64,000 nucleotides of DNA from Laetmonice hystrix (Eukaryota). A program made the position numbers and the translations under genes. Under the pieces are notes generated by a model that searched no databases, was not told where the DNA came from, and saw only the letters and a list, made by a program, of their open reading frames with translations. Location of the stretch: NCBI GenBank assembly GCA_965235115.1, contig OZ249436.1, positions 41,976,001 through 42,040,000 on the forward strand, in the 5' to 3' direction. Below, piece after piece: positions 52,701 to 64,000 of this stretch. The number at the start of each line of letters is the position of its first letter. The stretch's first letter is position 1.

Positions 52701-53796
52701 AGAGGGGGGCCCAGGTCGGAAAACAGCAAACTACCCCAGCAGGATTCAGTTCCTACATCACTCATATTGTAGGCAGAAGCTATTTGACCAGCAGAAGTTT
52801 GGTCATGTGACCAAGAATCATGAATTCTATTGGATTATATCTGCTGGTCAAATAGTGAGGTTTGATAAGACCTCTGAAAAAGGCAGAAGCTATTAGACCA
52901 GCAAAAGTTTGGTCTCGAAGCAGGCCTTGCCGTTTGATAGGCGCGATCGCGCTTGCGCCCCTAAGCGCCTACAAAATCTGTTTCAGAAGCGCTGTTTATC
53001 GCGCCTCTCAACTTCACTGACTGATGTGAACCCTCAGCCATGTCTGAGGCAACCTCAAAAATGCCCTCTGTCTCCTCCTTGTCCCCCAGTCATTAATGAG
53101 TCAATCATTTCTTAGACGGCTCCCAGAACCTCTTTAGCCTATGCCAAACCTCATAATATAAATTACCCTGAGTTTACCTGGAAATACCCAAACATGGGAC
53201 AGGAACAATTTCTAGGGGAGTGATTTAGCCCTCCTCGGATAACCAAGGGGAGTGATGGATCGCTCCCGTAAAGATTTCAAACGGCAAGCACTGCCAAAGG
53301 TGACCAAGAATTATGAATTCGATTGGATTATATCTGCTGGTCAAATTGTGAGGTTTGATAAGACTTCTGAAAAAATATTTCTTTGCATTTAGTTTGGGCT
53401 GAAAATTAAATAAAGCTAATGCAGCCTAAGCTAGAGTCCAGTTGAACTTGAACTAAGTTGAAGTATTTATTGGAAGTAGATCTAAGTAGGCCTAAAAAAG
53501 GCTAATTTGTTTGGAGGCCTGAACTTACAAATTAAGACCTGGCAGAGTCACAGAATGATTCCATGGTGAAGCCACAAATTCATCAGGGTTGTCCTTACTA
53601 CTTGGACTAGGTTTAATAGGGTTATATTATAATATTGGAACTCTTACTGGTAATGTGGTATTGTCTACGTTTGTCACTTTGTGGACTCACCTTCCAATCT
53701 CTGTATTTTAGCCTTGACCGACATGATGGTCTCAAACGGGGAAACCCTAAGCTCAAAGGCTGTCCCCGTTAGGGTTTCAATATATAGTTCCATCAT
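40781..53796 (-). CDS. ZFAND4: AN1-type zinc finger protein 4 (ANUBL1): N-terminal ubiquitin-like domain, C-terminal AN1 zinc finger, 683 aa
   Basis: Exons 53796-53691 (MMELYIETLTGTAFELRVSPFETIMSVKAKIQRLE), 49462-49319 (GIPISQQHLIWQSMELEDDYCL...LVLAMRGGPINTRR), 48669-48480, 48007-47866, 42995-41814, 41659-41508 (KRCFVCAKKTGLATSYQC), 40916-40781 (RCGNNFCATHRYAESHDCTFDYK...APKLPKI*). 2052 nt, phases consistent. Confidence 0.96.
41040..41453. mobile_element. MITE in last ZFAND4 intron (TA or TWA target; Harbinger- or Tc1-type unresolved)
   Basis: ~22-bp TIR aagctggtactacactaggcga / tcgcctagtgtagtgccagctt (1 mismatch), TA on both flanks; internal tcgca/tgcga motifs. Confidence 0.85.
42585..42638 (-). 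repeat. Coding trinucleotide repeat (GCA/GCT)n encoding 18 alanines in ZFAND4
   Basis: 54 nt of tgc/agc triplets on plus; ORF reads ...DASS(A)18QHN... Confidence 0.95.
47207..47678. repeat. 52-bp minisatellite, 9 near-identical copies, in a ZFAND4 intron
   Basis: Unit ttgatttggtcatgaatcagtttatactaggttcccctctcggctggta(t/c)ca; copies 1-3 have T, copies 4-9 have C. Confidence 0.97.
49453..50088. repeat. ~51-bp minisatellite (12 copies) overlapping the 3' splice site of ZFAND4 coding exon 2
   Basis: Unit caaataggaatccctgtaaccaaccatataaccactcttagtaggaactct; ccctgtaa (minus ttacag|gg) at 49461, 49512, 49565, 49616, 49667, 49718, 49775, 49826, 49877 (variant), 49927, 49991, 50042. Confidence 0.97.
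51864..52076. mobile_element. Tc1/mariner-superfamily (pogo/Tigger-like) MITE
   Basis: 25-bp TIR ccgtatatgtccctttagccgcgca / tgcgcgactaaaaggacatatacgg (2 mismatches); TA target duplication at 51862-51863 and 52077-52078. Confidence 0.85.
52771..53375. repeat. 110-bp tandem duplication whose second copy is interrupted by a transposon
   Basis: aggcagaagctat...tgaaaa at 52771-52880; second copy starts 52881, breaks at 52914 and resumes at 53300 (gtgaccaagaat...ctgaaaaa). Confidence 0.8.
52921..53293. mobile_element. hAT-like MITE inserted in the 110-bp duplication
   Basis: 17-bp TIR caggccttgccgtttga / tcaaacggcaagcactg (15/17); flanked by 6 extra nt each side (tcgaag / ccaaag) relative to the empty first copy. 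Confidence 0.7.
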
Positions 53797-53999
53797 AGTT
53801 GCGGCGCTGGTGGTCTGTGAGTGACTTAGATCACTGACATGCAGCGTCAGTGATATATCCCACGCTTTACATCATGAGGTCATCCTTCCTCGATTATCAC
53901 TCAGTCTGTTTGTAGGAGTCTTCATCATCATGCACTCTGTGCACTGCACACGTCCAAATTGGCTGCTTTCTCATGCTGTCTGATCAACGTTCACATCGT

Positions 54000-55613
54000 T
54001 CTTCACACAGATCCATTGAGCAGTATGTTCCAGTCACAATATCTGTTCTTTTGAGACTAAGCAGACCCAGAAAATGTTCCTCTGCCCCAATTCTGGGCTT
54101 AGGCAATAAAGCCGTGGGTGGGGAACTTCCTCCACACAAGAATGCAAGATGCCTGCCTGATGCCCGGATGTCCTATTGGTAGCTAATAACAACATATATG
54201 ATCACGTGGTTAGGCTATTATTAGCATCGGGGATATCCTCATACGTCATCACTTTGTGTGTACACAGTACACACGCAGTCGTCCTTGGGAGTTCGCCGGA
54301 GTGGAGCTGGAACAGGTGAATCAGGCACGGTGTTGAGAGGGGAACGGCCGCTAGCGATTTAAGGTGAAATGAATAGAACGATTTATATATCTTGATACGA
54401 TTCCTACCAAATTTAGGCCTTGTAATTACTAAAAATACATACAGACATTGAGACAGTACTGACAAGTCAACACGGACACCACTCAACTCCGTAAACATGG
54501 TAAACACTGACTCCATGATAATCCATTGCATGACTGTCTCCAGTGACTGACGCCGCCTGCTGAGTCAGACCTCAGTCAGTGACAGTGACACTCATTGACT
54601 GGGCCAGGGGCAGGCATGGCAGGGGCAGGGTTCCTGGGGCGGACGAACAAACTGGCAGTGGCACGGATTTACTCCAACAAGCCAGAGTCTGATTAGCTAC
54701 AATTACAAATCACAGGGTCTAGGTTCCTGGACTAGCACGACTAAGTCATACACTGATACACTGACTTGTGGCATCCTTTGTTTTAGTTTTAATGGCGACT
54801 GAACGTCTTAAGTTAAGTAAACACTGTCACACTCACACTGAGTCACAGCCACAACACAAGGACAACAGGTAGGACAACACTGAGACTGTCATCAAACGTG
54901 CCAGAGTTGAGGCCCTGTTAACTTAAGCCCGCCACAGACTCTACCTTTCTGAGCGGTAGCAAGTTGCAAGCTCCCGCAGACTAGGTAGTCCCCAGGAACC
55001 CTCACGGGTAGTGTTCAGATTTCTGGTTTTCCAATGTTGGCAGGTATGCAGATGTTCTCCACTAGGGGGCATGCAGGATATTATTTGGGTCATGTCAGGA
55101 GCAATGCAGGGGATAATTTACTTCAGAAGAATTGATTTGCAGTGACTGCTACTCACTCAGAAGGGATTTGAATAGCAATTCATTGTCAAGCATACTGTTT
55201 TTGAATTGCAACGGGGTGAAATTGGGTCTCAAACTGCGATGCGATACCAGGTAAATTATGCCCTGCAATGGCTGGCTGGTTTCGCCAAGATTCTGGCGAA
55301 GAAACATCTAGGTGAACAAACCGTTGATAAGCTTGAGCTAAGGCAGTAGCGCCATGGTGATACTAGGCTGCTAGAGGGCCTTCATGATTGAGGCTGCTGT
55401 CCTGAAGCAAGGAGAGCTAACACTAATATTAACAAATCCTCTGTTTAATTTATATAATAAAGAGATTGCATAAATATAATGAAATGACAAAGGTATTATA
55501 TCTTATGAAATTTGAGGCCAACCTACATTAAATTTTCTATTTGAAGTCTGGCCCAGAAGTGCAGTCAGAATATGGCTAATTCTCATTATGTTGGTGTTCC
55601 TTCCTCCTTTCAG
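54000..55613. promoter_or_regulatory. Probable bidirectional promoter/5' UTR region shared by ZFAND4 (minus) and SLC9B (plus)
   Basis: Start codons diverge at 53796 and 55689 (1.9 kb apart); the SLC9B ATG exon has an upstream acceptor (ttcctcctttcag, 55613), so a non-coding first exon must lie in this interval; CTCF-consensus-like CCACTAGGGGGC at 55059-55070. Confidence 0.55.
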
Positions 55614-55688
55614 AAAGCACCAAACTGCCAATATTTGCAATGTTTGGAAATTTGTTGAGAACCTGTTAAAACGTGGATAAGAGAAGAC

Positions 55689-58600
55689 ATGACACGGACA
55701 GTAGAGGGTGCCCCAAGTGGGGCATCACTGCAGGAGAAAAGTCTATCAAATGAGGGTACAGAGAACTGTTCAAACGACCATGAAGCCTCCATGGACGAGA
55801 AAAATTCTCGGGCATCAAGAGAGCTCGAAGAGCAGCATATTCTACTGGACCTGATGCCAACTGACAAAGGCCAAGACATGGCAACAGATGCCAAAGAGGA
55901 TATAGTCCAAACCGGCTGCTATAAAAGACCTGTTGAGCATGGACAGCAGGGTAAGGAATCAAGTACAGATCCAGCGGAGAATACAGGAGAAGGCGAGGAG
56001 GAGACAAATGATGAAGAGAGCAGCCCCAAAAAGTGTTTGGCATGTCGGCGATGCTGCCTGGCATGTTGTCGCCCGTGCATGACAAAATACAACCCAGTGC
56101 CTGAGAAGGCCAGTAAGCAACAGAAGGTGCGCCATGCCTTTATGTGCCCGCCCCATGGGAATCTGGCAAGACTTGGCACCTTGGTCTTCAGTATCATTGG
56201 ATTCTGGGCTGTGCTTTGGTCTCTTACGGGAGCCCAGGCTTTGCCAGGAGGAAGCTTCTTCGGCCTACTTATTTTGCTTATTCTTTGTGTGATCGGGGGA
56301 AAGCTCGTTGAACTCATTCATCTGCCACCATTGTTAGGTAATTTTTCATACTATTTCAACCTTTGTTTGTAATCTTGCTTATGTTGTGTACTTTCCAATT
56401 ACCAGTAAATTGGATTTTAAAACTATTGTTGATATGGTCATTATCAGCCAAACTAAATACATGCATGTTAGTCTTAAGTTATACAAGATTTCCTAATCAT
56501 AGTCTTTTTGTGGTGGTCCAAAGATATATTACCAAGAAGACAACCATATTAAATAGTTTGGCAATCATATTTTACCACTTTGAGTAATCTCATATTTCTA
56601 GAACTAGATCTTTGTTCAGATTTTGTATTTTATTATCCAGAATCAAGTGTGAAATATAAATGATCTTTGACTGTATTCCAGGCATGCTGATTGTTGGTTG
56701 CCTTCTGAGGAATGTTCCAGTGATTAATGTGGCCAAGGACATTCATCCATCCTGGTCATCTGCTTTCAGGTATGCAAAATATATATGGTTGTAACAATAA
56801 GGATTATGACGGTAGTGATAGATCAATCCTAGCCATATGCATTAAATAATGTGTGAACATCTGATGCTGTAGACCTACAGACGAATATTTATTCTCCCAT
56901 AGAACGGAATCTCAGGACACCTGATGAAATATAAGTTAAAAATGTGTGTCAAATGACATTGTACTATATTAATGTGTGTATATAACAAATGTACCATTTT
57001 TTGTAATCGAATAGGAGCATAGCCTTGGTGATCATCCTGATTCGTGCAGGTCTTGGCCTCGACCCAGTAGCGTTGCGACGTCTCTCAGCTGGTGTAGTAC
57101 GACTCGCATTCCTTCCTTGTTTAACAGAAACTGTAACGGCTGCTGTTTCTTCACATCTTTTGCTAGGCTTCCCATGGGTCTGGGGACTTATGTTAGGGTA
57201 AGTTTGCATATATCCTTAAAAATTAGTTATTTTATAATGCCTACCTCTAAGTGGTAGCATACAACTCTGGCAGTTACATCCTCTATATTTTCTGCTATTG
57301 CTATTATTGAGAGTAAATTTACCTTGGCGTGCATTGGAATGTAGTTCTCACTTATCATGAAGCACTTTAGATCTAGGCCATTGCACATTTATCTAAATTT
57401 AGCTTTGAGAACTGTGAGTTCCTAATAAATTCTTTAATTTAAATCATGAAAAGAATACCTGCATCTGCTTTAAATGTTACCTCTAAAAGGCCCTTTGTAT
57501 GGCACATCTCTAATGTATGTCACCGGGATGTTTCAAAGTTGTTTCATCCATGTCTGGACACAACTCTTGCAGGTTTGTGCTAGCAGCTGTCTCGCCAGCA
57601 GTAGTTGTGCCTTGCATGTTACATCTAACTGAGAAAGGCCTTGGAGTAGATAAAGGCATCCCGACTCTGGTCATTGCTGCAGCCAGCGTGGATGATGTGT
57701 TGGCAATTAGTGGCTTTGGTGTGGTTCTAGGAATAGCTTTCTCCTCAGGTTGGAATCTTTTTACGCACTCTAATTTGAATACTCCAGCCTTCCCATAATG
57801 TACATCATATAAGTATATTTTTATCTTTATCTTTATCTTTATAAATATATGTATATGATCTATAAATTAGAAAACAGACCTTCTTTATTTATATAACTTT
57901 AATTTATGTTGCTTTGCAGGAAATTTGGTGCTGACAATCTTTAAAGGCCCCCTGGAAGCTTTGCTAGGTGTCGTGTATGGAATAGTTTTTGGAATTCTAT
58001 GCTGGTTCTTTCCACATAAAAAACATGTAAGTAGATCTGTGAATTCAAGGTACATCAAGTGTCAACTGTAATCTAAAAGATGCAGCTTAGAATGTAAGAA
58101 GAAAATGGTAATAGGGCATAAACTTAACTTGAGACGCATGTGATGATATTTGTATCTATGCTTGATGTTTGAATCAGGTGATCATAATTTTATAACACCA
58201 GATATTAATTTTCTCATGTGTATTTCTCGGTTTCAACCTGTTTGCAAAATTGTCTTTTCCCACCAGATGGCAGCACTGAAATTTACAGTGTTGGATGGTT
58301 CCCTTTATTGAGCCGTTTATCTCCACACTCACACATAACGTAACACACAGCAACTGTGAGCCTTTGATTGAGCCAGATAGAATAGTTTATAGTGCAGGGC
58401 TCTTGTGGTTATTAATTTGCAGTCCTCTATGTCGTAGGTGTCCTGTAATAATGTGATATTGTCCATCGTTCTGTTTCAGAGCAATAAGACCCTTTTTCAG
58501 TTCATCCTTTTGTTTTGTGGAGGTTTATTTGCCCAGTTTGGGAGCCGTGTGGCAGATCTGTCCGGGGCGGGTGCCCTAGGCTGTCTGACCATGGCCTTTG

Positions 58601-60032
58601 TGGCAGGTCTCAGCTGGCGCAAAGATGTCTGTGACGGGGGAGATGTAAGTCTTTTAGACATAAGATTCATCCACAGTAACTAAAAATGTAAGATCAGTAA
58701 CTTACAAAAAAAAATTCTCTTTTATTCTTAGTATGAAAATTAAAGCAGTTTTTATTTGATTAGACATTTGTGAAAGTATTAGGAAGTGAATAGAAAACCT
58801 GACCCAGGTGAGAGGGAAAAATCTAATTCTGATAACATATAACCACTTCATAATGATATCATTTTATAATCAGTGTGATGTTCTGTCTTCAGCCCAAGGT
58901 TTGTACTATATTTGCGTATCTGTGGGCCATCTTCCAACCATTACTCTTTGGTCTCATTGGAGCAGAGATTGATGTGGCTGAGCTCCAAGGCAAAACCATT
59001 GGTAACTTCTATTCTGTACTTCTAATTCACAATCTGCTGTAAATAGGGGACTAGATTTAGCTGTATTACTAAAACTATTATTTGCAGTATAAGAATCTCA
59101 TCATATAATCCATAGCAGCTTATGTAAGGAGAAGTAACCTTTCAGGAGTAGCAGGGATTATAAATGATAAGAAAATACGCGCATCGTTTTTTTGGACAGG
59201 GTGAATAATTTCTGTCATGCTTTAGCAGAATTGGTCATGGAAAATCTGTATGCACAACTCACTACCTAAAATACTGCATTATACTACCCTGTTATAAAAA
59301 AAAATCCTGTCTAGACATATAATTTTTCTCTTAAATAGGTTTGGGCGTGGCTGTACTGGTTATTGGACTAGTCCTGCGAATGATAGTATCTTTTGTAGCT
59401 GTCATCCGGCTGGGTCTTAATTTACGAGAAAAGCTTTTTATTCCGCTGGCTTGGTTACCAAAAGCAACGGTCCAGGCAGCCATTGGTTCCCTTGCCCTGG
59501 ACACGGCAAGAGAGAAGAATGCACCCGCTGACCAGATTGAGCTGGGTATCCAGGTATTTACAGAAAAGGACACAAAATTGTTTGGCGAACATGAGGGTAT
59601 TATTTACCATACATTTTATGAAAAAGATAAAATCATTGAGCTGTTCACGCCAACTTTAGAAATGGCAGTGGGTGACCTCCTTCCAGTTTTTTGTTTGTTC
59701 GTTCATTTCTTTCTTTCTTTTCCAAAAGCCATAACTGTTGCAAGGTAATTTTTAAATGAAACCCTTTTCTAATAATACTGTAATATCGTATTTTAGATTG
59801 GTTTCAGTTTGAATCTGATTGAATTGTTTATTTGACGTTGCTTCAGGTGCTAACCATCGCGGTCCTGGTTATCCTGATCACCGCTCCGCTCGGAGCTATT
59901 GCTATCACCCTCTCCGCACCTCGCCTCCTCACCAAGCACGGCAGCTCAGAGCGACCTCGGGCGGAGACTACAGACACTAACCAAGCCGAAACCCCAGAGA
60001 ATGCCACAAACACGCACATATATGTGCTGTGA
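55689..60032 (+). CDS. SLC9B2: SLC9B/NHA-type sodium/hydrogen antiporter (NHA2-like, CPA family), 625 aa
   Basis: Exons 55689-56337, 56682-56769, 57015-57197, 57573-57748, 57920-58026, 58480-58644, 58893-59001, 59339-59553, 59847-60032 (1878 nt, phases consistent). Motifs LPPLLGML, RAGLGLD, AVSPAVVVP, AASVDD (di-aspartate), QPLLFGLIG, AWLPKATVQAAIG, ILITAPLG. The invertebrate gene is equally related to SLC9B1/B2. Confidence 0.95.
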
Positions 60033-63000
60033 TCTGTGATTGTCGAGTATTGCCTCTGTAGCGATATTTTTCTAAAGCACATATTGACAGTTTATAAACA
60101 AATTTTCGAATGGAAGAAAAAATGATTTGATCATCAACAAATGGTTTCTTTCCAGATGTGTTTTGAATCGATACCAAAACCTTGTACAATTTATGTACCC
60201 TTGTTAGTGGTGATTAACCTTCGTTACTAAATTAAAACCGTACGATATTTATATGGTGCATCATGCAAATACGCAAACTTCACACTTAATAAGTAACATT
60301 CTATGGATGGAACTCTCCGGGAGCCGATGTTGAAGAGACCTACCTAGCAATCCATTTTACATGCGTGGAGGTTGTTTGTATGCGTTCATGTTGTTTTTTG
60401 TAATAGCAGTATTATATGTCTTGGATGTATGTACCGAGATCATGTCGTCATGAAGGCTCAAAGGTAGTGACAGATAACTACAAAAATGTCTTAGTCAGTT
60501 TCTTTTATTAAATGACAGAAACGAACGCACCGATATTAATTTATATACAACCCGGTGATATACCGGTACATGCAATAGTGGCGAATCCATGTGGCGCCAT
60601 AAGATGGCATCTGCCAGGCATGATACGTAATAGAATAAACTTGCTCTTTTTAACCTCAGCGTCTGTGATCAAAAAGGAAGACCGAATTTGGCATGCATGT
60701 TGCAGAAAATGAATCCAGTGCTGGTGAGAGTTCATGCATACATGCACATTCCTAGGGTAAAAGAGACCTATAGCTTCTCAGTGACAACTGCTGCAGTGGC
60801 AAGACAAATCATTGTTGGATGATGGTTTCTCCTACCCTCTTCCTCTTGAAGAACCAGTTGGGGAACGTTCCGCAATGAGAAGTGTTAATAATCCTTTTTA
60901 TAATAAATTATTCAAATCTCAATTAGACAATGTGCATTCACACGACAATAATTGCGACATAAGACATTAAGAACTCACATACTATAGCAGTAAGAACTTT
61001 CCGATCTTTCATTATTGAGTATGTCTGCAGTTGCATGATAACGAGTGTATAGACTGACTCGTACCAGGGGAAGGTGATAGGCGGCAGGGAAGTGCAGGGC
61101 TTCAACAGGCGTAGATACATTTCAATTGGAAAAAAGATCTCTTAAAGACGGTCGTATAAATACAATGTTTAGTATACCTTAAAAAATACCCACCTTCATA
61201 CGCACTGGCGGGTCCAGGATTTCACAAAAGGGGGGTACAGGAAAACAATTCATGATTGTTTGCGTTACTAAGGCGCGTTGGTTGTATGTAGGACTTCCGT
61301 GTCATAAGTTACAACCATTGGATTCGCCATGTCCACTCATGATGTGATGTGTATAATCTAAATATGACAATTATCTTTAAAATGAGTAACTAATTAGAAA
61401 TTAGAGAATCTAAGGGGGGAACGCCCCCCCCCCCCCCATCCGCCTATGTATATGTGTAGACTCTTTGCATTGACAACCCTGACTTTCTCGAGAGAACTTT
61501 TCACGTTTCGGGTCAGCTTCGTTGTATAATTTGAAAACGAACCCTACGAGAAAGAACCCCCCCCCCTCCTTTCCCGGTTTTGTAACGGAGGGGGTGAAGT
61601 CTACATTAGGGGGGGGGTGGCCGCCTTAGATGCACTGCTGGCGTGCTGCAAAGGGGGTCTGGATGTTTCCCCTCAGAAAACTTTAATTTCGGCTGCTGGA
61701 GTCTTTATGGCCCTAATATACTATGTTCCATACTGATATAGGCCTACATTGTCTAATGTCGGATAGCCAGATTAAAACGTTTGGATGTTATCCGGAGATA
61801 TCGCTAGGGGGCGTTGCTCGGAGACGCCGGTGGACTCAATCAAAACATATCGGCTACCTGCGTATCAAATTCGTCGCGGGCGCAATAGAAGACACGCTTT
61901 AACGTGACAGTGAACTTTATTTAAACAGATATCAGAACGGAGGGAAAAAATCAGATGATTAAGAAATCTGTGTAGCTAGAATTCTGCAATCAGTGTTGCA
62001 CTGATCGTTGTACGTGTGAGAGTAGAATTACAAACTACAAGCTCCGGACATGGCACATCGTGGATTATACAAATAGAGTAAGACCTACAGTGTTGACACG
62101 TGCTTTTATATTTCCTATATAAAAAAAAAGAGTATTTCGCGAATGTTTTTTCGTAGATCGTCTGCGCAAATAACCAAATATCATGTCTGAGCTATTAAAG
62201 TTTCTGACAGTGCGCTATAATGTCGCTGTCAGTAGGAAAACAAGGTGACCTTTAGGGGCACGTTAATCGAATGTCAGCTTTCTTTTCTTCTTCTTTTTTT
62301 TTTTTTTTTTTTTTGTTTTTTTTGGTTGACGTTTTTTTTAAACATTTAGCAAGGCATGGTTTTCGATGTCTGCAAGCAGTTGGCACTAGCTCTACAGTGG
62401 GATACAGTATGCTGTCGAGGTCACGTCTAAAATATTTCCTCCTACAGTAGAACAAACCGTAGGTGGTTTCATTTCGGTCTAGGCTGTCTCCTTGAGCTTG
62501 TCACGAAGGACGCGGATATCGTGTGTACAATTACTGTACAGCGGTCCGCGAGTTCCGTGTTCGCCGCTGAGGCTGTGTGTTCTCACAGATGTGTGTGGAG
62601 TAGTACGAAGTGTAGCCTAGTCTGATAGCAGTCTGATAGTACCAAGTGATTGAGTGATACACGTAATGGGGTTGGTACATTCCCCCACGACTTCTTGTAC
62701 AGTTATGTTGTACATGAGAACTTGCAGGGTTAAGAATATTTTCTTGTACATGAAATCTATGTCAGCAATACTTCAATGACCTTTGCGTAGAATCCAACGT
62801 GTGGCATTAGTTATATTTTTGAGTCGAGGTTGCTTTACGTTGAGGTAAGGGTAACCAAGCTATTTTAACGTGATTATGTGAGTTTTTATTCAGGTACAAT
62901 TGTGTTTGTATATTTGTGATGTCATATAGTATTTTCAAATGTGATGAGATGGAGACACCCTCATATATGCTGCAGCAAAGTAAAACAACGGTTAGTTTCA

Positions 63001-64000
63001 TTAGGCCTATATAATATCGCAAGGTTGAAATCACTTTTAGATAATGTGTCACAATCGGTTAGGCGTCTGTTGAAATATGCATCCGGTCAATGTTGTATGT
63101 TTGGATAACGATACAACATAGCTCATTAGGGAAATTTGCCCAAAAAATTAATAGTGTGTCTAAAAGAGTTTACAAAATAAGGAAACCGCAATCTTTGAAC
63201 CAAATTATGCTTTAATAACAGCTTGCCCAGATATATCTCGAGAAAACAACTTTTCTCATAACCTTTTCTGATTCACTCTAACGATTCTGACAGCTGAAAG
63301 TTTAATAAACTGCAGTTTCTGAGAACATAGTCTTCTTTCTCTGTGAAACAGATCCTGTAATAACGAGAGATGTCACACTCGATATAGCATGGGTATTTCC
63401 ATAGCTAATACTTCTACCTGAGAGGTCACACGAATCCGAACTTTGATGGATAATATAGCAATAATTACCTTTTATCAGTGTATTGTTCTGTGTATATTGG
63501 GAATTATTAGTAAGCAGAAATAGGCAGATCTCGAACGGACCCAGTGTCTTTTCACAGAAGGAAAGTCATATTGCAATACAAACTGTTCCTTTTGCAGTTG
63601 ACCTGTTATTGCATCAAGGCAGAATTCAAATTCAATTGGTCCTAATAGTAGTAATAAAATGGGGATGTGATCACAGATATAATATTTGTTTCAATCGTTA
63701 TTTAATTCAAATATATATCTGGACTACTCTCCTTTATATGGCAAGTTTGCTTGTTTCAGTGTTCATCCGGTAAGACAGGAGTAGACCTATAACTGCCCCC
63801 TAAAACATCTTTCCTATTTAAAAAGATGTCGGGACTGTTAGGACTAATTGTATGCTCCCAACCTACGACCGTGCACTCCACTCACAGAAAGTAGCGTCTA
63901 AAACACTGCCCCACACCAGCCCTCCCCCCATTTGTAACCTCTTACGAACTGCCAGAGGTGAGGGTGAGGGCAATCCTTACACCTGATCCCCAAGGGGCCA

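Noticed and set aside
61203..61448. Possible hAT MITE (ggcgggtccagga...catccgcctatg), similar remnant at 10490-10610
   Set aside because: TIRs too degenerate and no target duplication; not listed as a feature.
60938..62620. Exon-like segments on the minus strand (donor-like gtgagt ~60978; open frame ending ...RDKLKETA* ~62479)
   Set aside because: No recognisable protein and no consistent exon chain; cannot support a fifth gene.

Overview
Eukaryotic (animal, probably marine invertebrate bilaterian) genomic DNA with GT-AG introns; no prokaryotic features, rRNA, clear tRNA or CRISPR. Four spliced protein-coding genes were reconstructed by hand with consistent splice phases: (1) the 5' three coding exons of TM9SF3 (minus, continues off the left edge); (2) an unrecognised ~2,130-aa, largely low-complexity/coiled-coil protein (plus, ~21.4-35.2 kb) carrying a four-fold EF..K..EWE..K motif; (3) ZFAND4/ANUBL1 (minus, 7 coding exons, 683 aa, ubiquitin-like + AN1 zinc finger); (4) an SLC9B/NHA Na+/H+ antiporter (plus, 9 coding exons, 625 aa), head-to-head with ZFAND4. 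Non-coding DNA is packed with short non-autonomous DNA transposons (PIF/Harbinger-, piggyBac-, hAT-, Tc1/mariner- and CACTA-like) and minisatellites. The most unusual observations are a ~51-bp tandem array that has amplified a functional ZFAND4 3' splice site into 12 copies (all 11 upstream copies lead to an almost immediate stop), the exon-modular EWE-repeat protein, and a strong excess of the palindrome TAGGCCTA that may represent transposon excision footprints. All calls are by eye; no database searches were run.
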